The notes beneath the pieces are model-generated. The model was not told the origin of the DNA, ran no database searches, and worked only from the letters and a program-made list of their open reading frames with translations. A stretch of DNA of 62,170 bases from a virus (lineage: Duplodnaviria; Caudoviricetes): positions 1-62,170 of the IMG/VR virus record IMGVR_UViG_3300032294_001909. One strand, given 5' to 3'. Below are positions 34,850 through 45,481 of the stretch, piece after piece. The translations under genes were made by a program, and so were the position numbers. Position 1 is the first letter of the stretch. Each line of letters begins with the position of its first letter.

Positions 34850-36352
34850 ATGGTATATGTAAGCAGAGGAAAGTCTAGCGATTTATTTACCCTTGGTAGC
34901 TCAATCGACTCGGGTCGGGTAATATCTGAGCCCATTTATGAAGCATTGGTCGAGGATGTTATTTTTGATCAGTTCCACCCAGAATATTCTGATGTTGATG
35001 GGTATAACGTTGGTGATATAAAAGTAAGAATTTTTTCTGTTGATAATAGTAGAGACTCCGAATTACTGGATTGGGCGAGTCCAAAAGAAATAACACTTCA
35101 AGAATATCCGCTAAAAGGAGAAATTGTTATTCTCCATAAGATTCTTGGAAAATTCTTTTATTCAAAAAAAATTAACATTACCCATCGATTACAAGAAGCG
35201 GGAATGCTTAATTTAGCGAGCGATTTAAATAATAAATACGCAAAATTAAATTCCGGCGTTAACCCATCTCGCAATAGTGAGATGACAACGAAAGAACATA
35301 GATTTGGTGAATATTTCAAACCGGATTCTAGAGTACGGCAGTTAAAACATTTTGAAGGTGATGTAATACTTCAAGGTAGGATGGGTCAATCGATTAGGTT
35401 TGGCTCAGCTATGATGAGTCTTACAGACGAATCATTAGCACCTAATGTAATTTTGCGAACTGGACAGGGAAAGGACGTTGAGAAGACGGACGCAAGTATA
35501 GACAGCTTATACGGTTTAATTTTGGAGGACGTAAACAAGGATGCATCTTCTATATGGATGACCTCTGATCAAACCGTTCCATTTGAACCGGCAACAGTAA
35601 GCGCTGGCTCGTTTTCTCGCTCCATAAACAACTTTCCACAAACGTTTAATGGCGCACAGTTGATCGCTAATTCTGATAGATTAATTTTAAACTCTAAACG
35701 TAATGAAATATTGTTGTTTTCTAAGAAAGGTATACATTTAAATAGTTTTGACGATGCAACGATAGATACTGACAATGATGTCATATTAACCGCTAACATT
35801 GACGTTTTAATTAGGTCGGGAAATAATATTCAACACACTGCGGATCTTGATTATGCTATAAATGCGGGCAGTGATTTTATATCTATAGTAAAAGAAAAGA
35901 CTTCATTTATATCAGATAAAATTCACTTGGGAAGTGTGGAGAACACCGATGAGCCAATGGTTGGTGGAACTAGTATATCAATATTTCTTGCTAGATTGAT
36001 AATGACATTAATGGGAATTCCTACGACTATACAAACTCAGACCCAAGCTAATTCTAGAATTTCTATACCTAGAACTATAACACCCGGTATTGCAACGAAT
36101 ACACACGTTATAACACCAACTGGGCCGGGGTTACTGTCTCCACAAATTGTTACTGCATTGACTAAATTGTATAATGAGTTGGCTACCGGTACGTTTGCCA
36201 AAGCGCCGTTCAATAGCGAAGATAACTTTGTAATGCTGCAAAACGAAACGCCTGAGTTAGAGCTAAATGAATTTGAGTCTGGTGAAAATTTAATACCTGA
36301 TGCCCCTGAATGGGATTACACTGCACCGTACTATGAAATTGCGGATAAATAA
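34850..36352 (+). CDS. baseplate spike/hub (gp5/VgrG-like) protein
   Basis: YPLKGE, EGDVILQGRMGQSIRF and NSDRLILNSK beta-repeats; context. Confidence 0.6.
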   Translation: MVYVSRGKSSDLFTLGSSIDSGRVISEPIYEALVEDVIFDQFHPEYSDVDGYNVGDIKVRIFSVDNSRDSELLDWASPKEITLQEYPLKGEIVILHKILGKFFYSKKINITHRLQEAGMLNLASDLNNKYAKLNSGVNPSRNSEMTTKEHRFGEYFKPDSRVRQLKHFEGDVILQGRMGQSIRFGSAMMSLTDESLAPNVILRTGQGKDVEKTDASIDSLYGLILEDVNKDASSIWMTSDQTVPFEPATVSAGSFSRSINNFPQTFNGAQLIANSDRLILNSKRNEILLFSKKGIHLNSFDDATIDTDNDVILTANIDVLIRSGNNIQHTADLDYAINAGSDFISIVKEKTSFISDKIHLGSVENTDEPMVGGTSISIFLARLIMTLMGIPTTIQTQTQANSRISIPRTITPGIATNTHVITPTGPGLLSPQIVTALTKLYNELATGTFAKAPFNSEDNFVMLQNETPELELNEFESGENLIPDAPEWDYTAPYYEIADK

Positions 36353-36355
36353 TAC

Positions 36356-37492
36356 ATGATAGACCCAATTAAACAAGCAATAGCTGTAGCTAAAAATCCA
36401 ATCGATCCATTACCGGAAAATATACCGGATATACTAGATGACGTTCAGAAAAAGGTAAATTCAAAAAATAAGTTACCGGTGATGAAAAATCAGCGATTAA
36501 CTGCTGCACAAAAAAAAGCTAAAGCACAAAAAAAGCTTGCCGAAAAAAAAGAAAAGGCGTTAAAGGCAAAAAACGAAGCAATTAAAAATGCAAAAAAATC
36601 AGCAAAAAGCAAAGCTACGGGTGCAGTAACAAAAGCGGTATCGTCTATACCAAAACCACCAATAAAATCAGAAAAGGTGCTGTCTTCAATCGCAGTGGCA
36701 AAGCAAGTAAAACAAGCGGCGGCGGAAAGAAAAGCGGCAACGATACAAAATATACAGACAAATTCTAGACTATTTAAATTTCCTATGAAAGCTCCTACAG
36801 GGCTTGGTCTTGCGTTACCGTTGGTAGCGAATTCGGTTTCTGCTATTAAAAAAATCAACATCAAGGATTTGTTTAAGACTAGAGACATTTCTCCAACCGT
36901 GTCACTTAAAGATAAATACTGTAATACATTTTCAAATAAAAATGCCAGAACTTTGTGTAAATTTGCATATGATCAAGGAATAACTGAAGTAAAAGAACTG
37001 GCACAGTTTATGGCACAGACTAAAGTGGAATCTTCTACTTTTTCTAGGCTACAGGAAGGATTGTATTATACAACGGTGAGTAATTTGTTAAGTACTTTTG
37101 GAAGTACGTTAAGAACACCTGATGTAGCGGCTAGATTTCTTAAAAATCCAATTTCGTTAGCAAATTTTGTATACGCGAGATCAAACGGAAATAGATTTCC
37201 GGGTGATGGATATAAATTTAGAGGAAGAGGATTTATCCAACTCACCGGTAGAGAGTTATATGATGATTTTGGTTCTTTTATTGGAAAAAATGTAATTGAC
37301 AATCCAGACTATTTATCTACATTGCAAGGTGCATTGGAATCGTCTGTGTGGTACTGGAAAACGAGAGTAAAGTCTAGGATAACTTCATTTGAAGATACGC
37401 GAGCAGTAACGGCCACCATAAATCCAGCACTTAAAAAATTATTAGAAAGACAAGCTTCGTATGAAACAATATATCAATCATTTCAATTTTAG
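36356..37492 (+). CDS. GH19 lysozyme/chitinase-domain tail-associated lysin
   Basis: AQFMAQ..ES, GDGYKFRGRGFIQLTGR..Y; Lys/Ala-rich N-terminus. Confidence 0.85.
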   Translation: MIDPIKQAIAVAKNPIDPLPENIPDILDDVQKKVNSKNKLPVMKNQRLTAAQKKAKAQKKLAEKKEKALKAKNEAIKNAKKSAKSKATGAVTKAVSSIPKPPIKSEKVLSSIAVAKQVKQAAAERKAATIQNIQTNSRLFKFPMKAPTGLGLALPLVANSVSAIKKINIKDLFKTRDISPTVSLKDKYCNTFSNKNARTLCKFAYDQGITEVKELAQFMAQTKVESSTFSRLQEGLYYTTVSNLLSTFGSTLRTPDVAARFLKNPISLANFVYARSNGNRFPGDGYKFRGRGFIQLTGRELYDDFGSFIGKNVIDNPDYLSTLQGALESSVWYWKTRVKSRITSFEDTRAVTATINPALKKLLERQASYETIYQSFQF

Positions 37493-37507
37493 GATAGGAG
37501 CGTTAGT

Positions 37508-37852
37508 ATGGATAAGCAGCTATTAAAAGCGTATGTTAGAACTCTAGTGGAAGATGAAATTAGACGGGTGTTACCGGAGATTTTAGGAGAAGCTATTAGT
37601 GAACTAAAGCAACTAAAAGAAAATACTACTGTCGCTCACGCTCCTGCTCAACCACAAAAACCAAAGGTAGATAGGGCAAAGCTTGCTCAAATGATGGGGC
37701 TTGATTATGACGGAACTACTTTAATGGCAACTTCTACTGATGCAATTAAAACGAGATTACCAGAGAACGCACCAATTGATGTAGATAAAAAGGTACTTGA
37801 TGCAATTACTAAAAATTACTCGCAAGAAATGAAAAAGTGGGGTATAATTTAA
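37508..37852 (+). CDS. hypothetical protein
   Basis: AGGAG RBS. Confidence 0.75.
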   Translation: MDKQLLKAYVRTLVEDEIRRVLPEILGEAISELKQLKENTTVAHAPAQPQKPKVDRAKLAQMMGLDYDGTTLMATSTDAIKTRLPENAPIDVDKKVLDAITKNYSQEMKKWGII

Positions 37853-37860
37853 ACTAATAT

Positions 37861-38241
37861 ATGACACAGGCAATAGGCATAACGCTTCCCCTTGGAATGG
37901 GAAATTCTGGATATTTCCAGCAATCGTATGATTCATTAACTCAAATCAAGTCAAATTTTATAAATCTGATACTTACTAGAAAGGGAGAGCGTGTGCATCA
38001 ACCTGACTTTGGTTGTGATATTCACAAGTATTTGTTTGAGAATTTGACTCCCTCTACGATAGACGGTGCTAAGCGGTCTGTGTTAGACGCTGTAGAAAGA
38101 TGGATGCCCTTTTTAGAATTGATTCAATTCGATTTAGGACAATCTAACGATGATATTGACAGAAATAGGCTTAGGCTATATGTTGGGTATAGACTTAAAA
38201 AAAATTTAAATATACGAGATGCTATTATCTTGACGTTTTAG
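37861..38241 (+). CDS. baseplate wedge gp25-like
   Basis: LILTRKGER..PDFGC. Confidence 0.9.
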   Translation: MTQAIGITLPLGMGNSGYFQQSYDSLTQIKSNFINLILTRKGERVHQPDFGCDIHKYLFENLTPSTIDGAKRSVLDAVERWMPFLELIQFDLGQSNDDIDRNRLRLYVGYRLKKNLNIRDAIILTF

Positions 38242-38251
38242 GAGAGTTTAA

Positions 38252-40237
38252 ATGGCGGTAAGTCAATCTATTACAAAAAAATTTAATCCAGCATATAAAG
38301 ACGTAAATTATCTTGCAAAAAATTTCACTGATTTTAGGCAAAATTTAATTGAGTTTGCTAAGGTTTATTTTCCAAATACATATAGTGATTTTAACGAAGC
38401 ATCTCCGGGTATGATGTTTATTGAAATGGCCGCGTATATTGGAGATGTGCTTTCGTTTTACGTAGACAATCAATTTAAAGAAAATTTATTATTATTTGCA
38501 AACGAAAGAAAAAATATAATAGCAATTTCACAGGCGCTGGGGTATAAACCAAAACTAACCTCTGCTGCCACAGTAGAAGCTCTTATTTATCAGATGGTAC
38601 CCGCACTAGGGTCGTCACAAAATTATGAACCAGACGGTAGATTTTTCTTGAAGGTATTAACCAACTCTAAGTTTTCTACTAGCTCACCTCCTGTACAAAT
38701 TTTTAGATCATCGGGAGATGTTGATTTTTCTGATCCAACCGATAGAGACATACGAGTACTTGCGAGAGACGTAAACAACGCTCCGACGATGTACGTTGCG
38801 TCCAAGAAAATAAAGCTAATTTCAGCCGATACCAGAACCACGACTTTTACAATAGGATCTGCTCAAAAATTCTTAACGTTAGAAATTCCAGATGCAAATA
38901 TTATTGCAATTCAATCCGTGGTTGATTCTGATAATAATGTATGGGAAGAAGTTGATTATTTGGGGCAAGATTTGATTGTAGAAGATAGAGATTTAATGAC
39001 TAGAGACAACGACGGCTTTGTTCAGGCACAAACTCTTCCTACTGGATCTTTGCCTCCGTCTAAGTTAGCGGTGTTTAGAAAAAAACCAAGACGATTTGTC
39101 ACTAGAATAAATACAGATTTAAAAATGGAACTCTGGTTTGGATCTGGTACAGCAGATTTAACCGATGAATTGTTAACCTTAAATACCACTCAAATAGCAA
39201 ACTCTAAGTATAACCAGACGGTGGCTAACACTACGATAGACCCATCAGATTTTATATCATCTGATACCTTTGGAGTTTCCCCGGCAAATACGGTATTGAC
39301 CGTCACATATCTAGTAGGAGGTGGTATAGAATCAAATGTACCATCTAACTCTATTACTCGGGTAGATCTTCCAATCGTAGCCAATAATGCAAGCGATTAT
39401 GCACCGGTAGAACAAAATTTGTTTGCTCAAGTTGTATCTAGTATAGCTATAAAAAACGAAGAACCGGCTAGGGGTGGCGGAAGCGTAGAAACTCCCGAAG
39501 AAATGCGACAAAATGCATTAGCGTTTTTCAATGCACAAAATAGAGTAGTTACTGATAAAGATTATTTGGTAAGAACGCTGGCAATGCCGTCGAAATTTGG
39601 TAAGGTTGCTAAGGCATTTGTTGTTAGAGATGAGCAAATAAATGCTATAGGGGAACAAAATCCGGCAAATTTAGTAGTAAATAATGACGAGAATCCGTTT
39701 AATAATAGAACGTTCGTATTAGATCCGGTAAATCCAAATTCTATTAATTTATATGTACTGGGCTATAATTCAACCAAAAAACTTTCACCGTTGAATACCC
39801 TAGTTAAGAAAAACTTGGCTAAATATTTGGAACAATATCGATTATTAACGGATGATGTAAACATTTTAGATGCGTTTGTCGTAAATATAGGAGTTGAATT
39901 TCATATAGTAGTTTATCGAAATTATAATATGAATGACGTATTAGCCCGATCTATAGACGCGATTAAAGAATTTTTCGATATAGATAAGTGGCAAATAAAT
40001 CAACCAATCATACTAAATGATTTGCGTTTAACGATAGGTTCGGTTGAAGGGGTGCAAACCGTAACGTCAGTGAATGTATTCAACAAATACCGCTTTAAAG
40101 ACGGCAGTGACTATTTTGAATATAGATATCCAATAGACGAAGCTACTGAAGATGATGTGATATATCCTTCACTAGACCCGTGCATTTTTGAAATACGATA
40201 TCCAGAAACGGATATAATAGGATTTGCTAGACAATAA
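38252..40237 (+). CDS. baseplate wedge gp6/J-like
   Basis: DFNEASPG, GYKPK, GGG..ET and QNRVVT..DY motifs. Confidence 0.85.
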   Translation: MAVSQSITKKFNPAYKDVNYLAKNFTDFRQNLIEFAKVYFPNTYSDFNEASPGMMFIEMAAYIGDVLSFYVDNQFKENLLLFANERKNIIAISQALGYKPKLTSAATVEALIYQMVPALGSSQNYEPDGRFFLKVLTNSKFSTSSPPVQIFRSSGDVDFSDPTDRDIRVLARDVNNAPTMYVASKKIKLISADTRTTTFTIGSAQKFLTLEIPDANIIAIQSVVDSDNNVWEEVDYLGQDLIVEDRDLMTRDNDGFVQAQTLPTGSLPPSKLAVFRKKPRRFVTRINTDLKMELWFGSGTADLTDELLTLNTTQIANSKYNQTVANTTIDPSDFISSDTFGVSPANTVLTVTYLVGGGIESNVPSNSITRVDLPIVANNASDYAPVEQNLFAQVVSSIAIKNEEPARGGGSVETPEEMRQNALAFFNAQNRVVTDKDYLVRTLAMPSKFGKVAKAFVVRDEQINAIGEQNPANLVVNNDENPFNNRTFVLDPVNPNSINLYVLGYNSTKKLSPLNTLVKKNLAKYLEQYRLLTDDVNILDAFVVNIGVEFHIVVYRNYNMNDVLARSIDAIKEFFDIDKWQINQPIILNDLRLTIGSVEGVQTVTSVNVFNKYRFKDGSDYFEYRYPIDEATEDDVIYPSLDPCIFEIRYPETDIIGFARQ

Positions 40238-40250
40238 CGCGAGATAATTT

Positions 40251-41294
40251 ATGAGAACGTTTATTCCTATAAAAGAAGATGCTTCCATCTATCAACGATA
40301 TCCATTAACAAATACTGGGTTGGATGAAGTTTTAGAAGTTGGTAAGGTAGTAAAGTCAACTGACGGTGATGCTATGTATGCGTCTGGTTCGGCAAGAATT
40401 TTGTTAAACATTGACATCCCATCGGAAAATCAATACCCTACAAATTCTCTCTATTACTTAAACTTAAAAATAGCAAACGCAAAGAACGTTAATAGATATC
40501 AAACGTTGGAAGTGTACCCCGTTTCAAGAAGTTGGGTTGAAGGCAGCGGATATTTTTATCAAGATACTCAAAACTCGGAAGACGGTGTTACGTGGACTAC
40601 ATACAATGCTACTTCAAATTGGAATTCTCCGGGCGGTAATTTCGTAACATCTACCTCTTCGTTATATGAAATGTCATCCGTTCCTATTACGGACGTTAAA
40701 ATTAATGTCACTAACATAATTTCTTCCGTCGTAAGAGGAATTAACACAACTCCGTGGAATGGATTGATTATTAAATTTCCAACCGCTGACGAAGCAAATA
40801 GTAAAAATAAGGGAAATATAAAGTTCTTTTCTAGCAATACCCATACGATATTTGCGCCGAAATTAGAGGTTCTGTATCCGTCACAGGTATTTTCTACTGG
40901 AAGCTTAAAGCCGATTCCAAACGGTAACGTCACGGTTATACCAAAAAATTTAAAAGAATCGTACACGATTGGTGAAATAGATAAGGTATATTTGATAGTA
41001 CGAGATCCATTTCCAGATAAAAGATTTGACGCAGCGCAAAGATACAGATCAATGTATTATCTTCCATCTTCATCGTATTTTAGAATAACAGATCAAGTGT
41101 CTGGTGTTGTTGTCTATGAGTTTGATCAATATTCTTCCATTAACTGCGATTCGTCTGGCTCATATATAACACTAGACACAACCTCATTAGATATAGATCG
41201 TTATTATACAATTGATTTGAAAATAAATAAGAATGGACTGGTGTTTTTTCCCGAGTTTAATTATTCGTTTAAGGTAGATAACGATGGCTACTGA
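40251..41294 (+). CDS. putative structural protein
   Basis: NTGLDEVLE, W.EGSG; structural context. Confidence 0.7.
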   Translation: MRTFIPIKEDASIYQRYPLTNTGLDEVLEVGKVVKSTDGDAMYASGSARILLNIDIPSENQYPTNSLYYLNLKIANAKNVNRYQTLEVYPVSRSWVEGSGYFYQDTQNSEDGVTWTTYNATSNWNSPGGNFVTSTSSLYEMSSVPITDVKINVTNIISSVVRGINTTPWNGLIIKFPTADEANSKNKGNIKFFSSNTHTIFAPKLEVLYPSQVFSTGSLKPIPNGNVTVIPKNLKESYTIGEIDKVYLIVRDPFPDKRFDAAQRYRSMYYLPSSSYFRITDQVSGVVVYEFDQYSSINCDSSGSYITLDTTSLDIDRYYTIDLKINKNGLVFFPEFNYSFKVDNDGY

Positions 41295-41661
41295 TATCTT
41301 AAAAACATATATTCCAAAATTTTTAGTTGAATTAAATAGGCAAAATGAAGACATTATAACGGTAACTACAAACTACTTTTCGCCTAGTGGAGATGCGTAC
41401 CAATTAGATAAACGCGCCGTTTCTCCGATTGTAATACAAACTACACAGTCGTTATCTGAACTTAAACCTGAAATATCAACGGTGTATCCTTTTCGGGCGC
41501 CGGTAAAGTTAGATTATGATAATTCAACTTTATTACAGGTTCCTAGCGTAGATACTGTACCTACTTCGTCGCAAGATTATTATGTTCCTATTTATTTTGA
41601 GCGATATAAGCAAGACGTTGTTTTACTAATAGATAAAGAATTTACAGAGCTAACTGTATAA
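41284..41661 (+). CDS. hypothetical protein
   Basis: ORF in the structural operon. Confidence 0.7.
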   Translation: MATDILKTYIPKFLVELNRQNEDIITVTTNYFSPSGDAYQLDKRAVSPIVIQTTQSLSELKPEISTVYPFRAPVKLDYDNSTLLQVPSVDTVPTSSQDYYVPIYFERYKQDVVLLIDKEFTELTV

Positions 41662-41664
41662 CAT

Positions 41665-42504
41665 ATGCCAAACCAGTCTAATTTTAGGAGTGATGTTACA
41701 ACCGCGACCTCGGGTAGATACACTGCATCTAGGATAGTCAGTGTAGATGATAACTTTATATTAAATGAAGAACTTCCTGCTAGTTTTGGGTTCGACAATG
41801 AAGACAATATCGAAATTCATTTTTACTCTATCCCTGACAATGAGTTGATCTTAAGTACGGTCGTTAACATAAACGATGGTATGTTGAAATCTCATATAGT
41901 GTCGTATGTAGACGATACGTTTAAAAACTACATTAGAATTGATTTTACAAAATTGTTTATTGATAAAAATTTAATTTTAGCACCAAACGATTACCTTGTC
42001 ACGTTAAACTTTTTTTCTGATGAAATCGGATCGTATGATGACAGAATTTTAACGTTGCAAACTATATCTCCATCTAGAACTGAAGTTGAGTTAATTTTCA
42101 ATAATATCACAGATGAAGTGGCACGTGAAACTGCACTAAAATCTCTAAAAGAATTTATTGAGCCAGCATTTAACAAGCCAGACGCTGTTGGTGTTGCTGA
42201 GAAAATATTTACGGCGGGAGTTGTGTCCGGCGATGACGAAGAGGGCATCACCAGTAATGTAATCGCGCAATCATTTGCTCCTACTGTTATAAATCAGATG
42301 GACAATTTAGCGTTATACGACACGTTCCAGATTCAATTAAACAATTTTTTGTTAGAACTGTTTACTTTTATACGAGAAGAAATAATTATAAAAGGAGACG
42401 ACCGCATTCAGAGAGATGAATTTGAGGCTATTATTAGATCCACTGTATTGGATAAGATAAAAGAACTTCAAAAAATAGTAGATTCTAGAATTAAGATAAC
42501 ATAA
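41665..42504 (+). CDS. putative structural protein
   Basis: ISPSRTEV; context. Confidence 0.7.
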   Translation: MPNQSNFRSDVTTATSGRYTASRIVSVDDNFILNEELPASFGFDNEDNIEIHFYSIPDNELILSTVVNINDGMLKSHIVSYVDDTFKNYIRIDFTKLFIDKNLILAPNDYLVTLNFFSDEIGSYDDRILTLQTISPSRTEVELIFNNITDEVARETALKSLKEFIEPAFNKPDAVGVAEKIFTAGVVSGDDEEGITSNVIAQSFAPTVINQMDNLALYDTFQIQLNNFLLELFTFIREEIIIKGDDRIQRDEFEAIIRSTVLDKIKELQKIVDSRIKIT

Positions 42505-42517
42505 CAAGGACTTAAAT

Positions 42518-42985
42518 ATGGCACGGCAAACGTCTGTACAAGTAACAATAAATAATCCACAACAAGGAAGCGTCGAGCTTCAAGCCGGTACTTCTCTTGG
42601 TGATAGAGGTAGAACGGTTACCCTAAAAGCCATACCTGCACCGGGATATAAGTTTAGTCAGTGGCAAATTGCTGAATATGGATTGCAGCAGTATGCCGGA
42701 AATTTTATAGCGCGGTATTCAACGCCACAAGAAGTTTGTGCGGGGGCAAGTAGCGAAACTCCAATTGGGGATATATTTTTCATAAGTCAAATTGATGGAA
42801 AATTATATACATCCGCTGAAGGAGACGCCGAAGTGCCAGATGGCCTGTGGTATGTAGGTAATTTCAGATATATCCCAGTACAAGGCGGCGTTCCTCTACA
42901 ACCGGTGGTATGTCAATCTGGCTTAGGGGGCACGGGTGACGGGTCGGGTGGTGGTGATACTGGAACTCTTGTTCCTCAACTTTAA
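42518..42985 (+). CDS. protein with a divergent InlB B-repeat-like start
   Basis: VTLKAIPAPGYKFSQW. Confidence 0.6.
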   Translation: MARQTSVQVTINNPQQGSVELQAGTSLGDRGRTVTLKAIPAPGYKFSQWQIAEYGLQQYAGNFIARYSTPQEVCAGASSETPIGDIFFISQIDGKLYTSAEGDAEVPDGLWYVGNFRYIPVQGGVPLQPVVCQSGLGGTGDGSGGGDTGTLVPQL

Positions 42986-42996
42986 CAACTGATACA

Positions 42997-45030
42997 ATGA
43001 GCACGGTATTTAATTCTAATCCATTAAGCATTACGGTTTCTAATGATTTAGTTGTAACAGCTATTTTTGAACCGGATGATGCTAGTAATACACAAGTCAT
43101 AGATAAAGTTTTTATTTCTACGGGAGGGCAAGACGTATCCGAAATTGTTCTTCAGCTAGGGCAATCCGTAGATGTTTATGTAACTGCGATTGATAAAGAA
43201 GGCAACGCAATTACACAAGCTAACTCTATGGAGTGGGCTAGTACGACACCATCTGTAGCCGATTTTACCGTTGTAGGTGCTGCGTTTAACAATGGTATAT
43301 CATTTGCAACGCTTCGTGCTACTGCTAACGGGGTTTCTGTAATCCAAGCTTCATTAGATAACGTGCCCTCTAATGCCATAACTGTTAAAGTAGGAACACC
43401 ATCAATACAGATAACACCATCTGCGGTTGAAGTGGCAAAAAATACCACGGCGCAACTATCTGCGGTGTACAGAACAGAAGCCGGTGATATAGATAACAGT
43501 AAAGGTATAACATGGGAATCTTCTGCCCCCGCAATCGCCACAGTAACTCAAAATGGATTAGTAACTGGTATAAATACGGGAGACGTAACTGTTACCGCTA
43601 CTGCTAACGGTCTCGTTTCTTCTGCAAACATTACAGTTACTGCACCCTCGGCAGTTTCATTAGAAATTACTCCGCTAGAAAGCGAAATTTTCGTTGGAAA
43701 AGAAACTACATTTACTGCGATAGTAACAGATGCGGCGGGTAATATATTACCAAATAGAAAAATCTCGTGGAGCACTGCAAATGTAGATATAGTAAACCTT
43801 GATACTAGAACTGCTACTGTAGAAGGAAACGCAGTTACGTTATCCTCGTTGTCTTCTGGACTGATTACCGTTACTGGGCTAAAAGTCGGTGAAACATCAA
43901 TTCGAGCCCAAGATGTTACTAATTCGTCTACAATAGACACTGCAATAGCAAATTTTGCATTTGTAACAGTTAAACGTCTTCCATTTACTATACAACTTTC
44001 CCCCGAAAATTCCACTATTTTCGTAAGTAATACTCAACAATTGATCGCAACCATACTAGATGAAGAAGGGAGCGCTCAAACATACGCCATAGAACGATGG
44101 GAAACTTCAAATCCCTCAATAGCATCGGTAAGTGCCACCGGCCTAGTTACGGGAATCTCTGCCGGAACTGTTTCGGTGCGAGCTTTTATTGGAAATACTT
44201 TTGGGGAAGCAACGGTAACGGTTTCTGCTCAGGCTACTCCTGACATAGCTAGTATTTCAGTAGTTCCAAAAAATTCAACTATAAATGTTAACCAAGATAG
44301 AACGCTATCTGCAATAGTTCTAGACACTCAAGGAAATACGGTATCCAGAGTACTTCAGTGGGTTAGTGACAGTCCAACAATAGCCACAGTTGATGTTAAT
44401 GGAAAGGTATTAGGGATATCTAGCGGTCAAGCGGTTATTACAGCGAAGGTACGCAAAAACAACAACGAAGAACTCACGGATACTGCAAATGTGATAGTGG
44501 TAGCCGTTTCGGCGTCTCCTACTCCAACTCCATCTCCTTCGCCAACGCCACGGGCTAGTGAAGTTCCAACTCCTTCTCCAACACCAACTCCACAGCCAAG
44601 CGCAGTGCTATGGAGAGATTGTGCCTCGGGAAATCTTAATCAAGGAACTCCTCCGAATGGATATATACAGGCAATATATATTGGAGCGGGCGGTGGCTTT
44701 TGCTGGGAACCTTCTACTACGGTTGGGTTCAATCCGTCGTTGGCACAAGCTCTTGAGTTTGAATATCAACGAGGGTCATCGTTATACCCACAACCTAAAA
44801 CCGTAACTGCTACAAATCCATCATACGCTAAATCGTATAGAATTTCTCTTACCACGAATAGTGGAATTGCGTTTTTATTAGGAAACAATGCGTCAAATGG
44901 AACACTTTCGTTTAATTTAGGCCCTAGACAAAACATCTCGTTTGTTATTAATGTATCACCCGAATTATTGGATATTTTAGGTGACGGTAGATCCTCAATA
45001 AACTTAACGGTTTCCATCGAAGATTTATAA
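42997..45030 (+). CDS. Ig-like (Big_2) repeat virion protein with a PT linker
   Basis: about 5 repeats of W.SS.P.IATV..NGLVTG. Confidence 0.85.
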   Translation: MSTVFNSNPLSITVSNDLVVTAIFEPDDASNTQVIDKVFISTGGQDVSEIVLQLGQSVDVYVTAIDKEGNAITQANSMEWASTTPSVADFTVVGAAFNNGISFATLRATANGVSVIQASLDNVPSNAITVKVGTPSIQITPSAVEVAKNTTAQLSAVYRTEAGDIDNSKGITWESSAPAIATVTQNGLVTGINTGDVTVTATANGLVSSANITVTAPSAVSLEITPLESEIFVGKETTFTAIVTDAAGNILPNRKISWSTANVDIVNLDTRTATVEGNAVTLSSLSSGLITVTGLKVGETSIRAQDVTNSSTIDTAIANFAFVTVKRLPFTIQLSPENSTIFVSNTQQLIATILDEEGSAQTYAIERWETSNPSIASVSATGLVTGISAGTVSVRAFIGNTFGEATVTVSAQATPDIASISVVPKNSTINVNQDRTLSAIVLDTQGNTVSRVLQWVSDSPTIATVDVNGKVLGISSGQAVITAKVRKNNNEELTDTANVIVVAVSASPTPTPSPSPTPRASEVPTPSPTPTPQPSAVLWRDCASGNLNQGTPPNGYIQAIYIGAGGGFCWEPSTTVGFNPSLAQALEFEYQRGSSLYPQPKTVTATNPSYAKSYRISLTTNSGIAFLLGNNASNGTLSFNLGPRQNISFVINVSPELLDILGDGRSSINLTVSIEDL

Positions 45031-45031
45031 T

Positions 45032-45478
45032 ATGGCACTTCGTTTACCCAAGTCAGCAGATATACCGTTTTTAACTTCATATACACCGTTTGCTTCCCCG
45101 GAACAAGAGGCGGTTAGTATCGACGATATGGTACGGGTGACAATACCTCCGGACTTACTAACATCTGATTTAAATTATGTAATAGGTCTTGGAGAAGATT
45201 CGGAATATTTAGTGTCCATTGTAAATGTTACCGCAAATGCAAATTTAAGTATATTGATTACATGTTCAAATAAAGCATTAACAAATCCAGACGCGGTGAT
45301 AGTTGATGGGCAATTAAAATTAACTACACAAATACGTCCACGAGAAACGTTTAATACAACGTTTTCATTAAATAAAGAAAATCTAGACGCGAGTGATAAT
45401 TATGATGTATATCCCATTAATTTTTCACTGACAGTTAGAAATATCTTAAATGGGTCTATAGTACTCAAAGCCGGGTAA
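45032..45478 (+). CDS. hypothetical protein
   Basis: ORF. Confidence 0.7.
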   Translation: MALRLPKSADIPFLTSYTPFASPEQEAVSIDDMVRVTIPPDLLTSDLNYVIGLGEDSEYLVSIVNVTANANLSILITCSNKALTNPDAVIVDGQLKLTTQIRPRETFNTTFSLNKENLDASDNYDVYPINFSLTVRNILNGSIVLKAG

Positions 45479-45481
45479 TAA

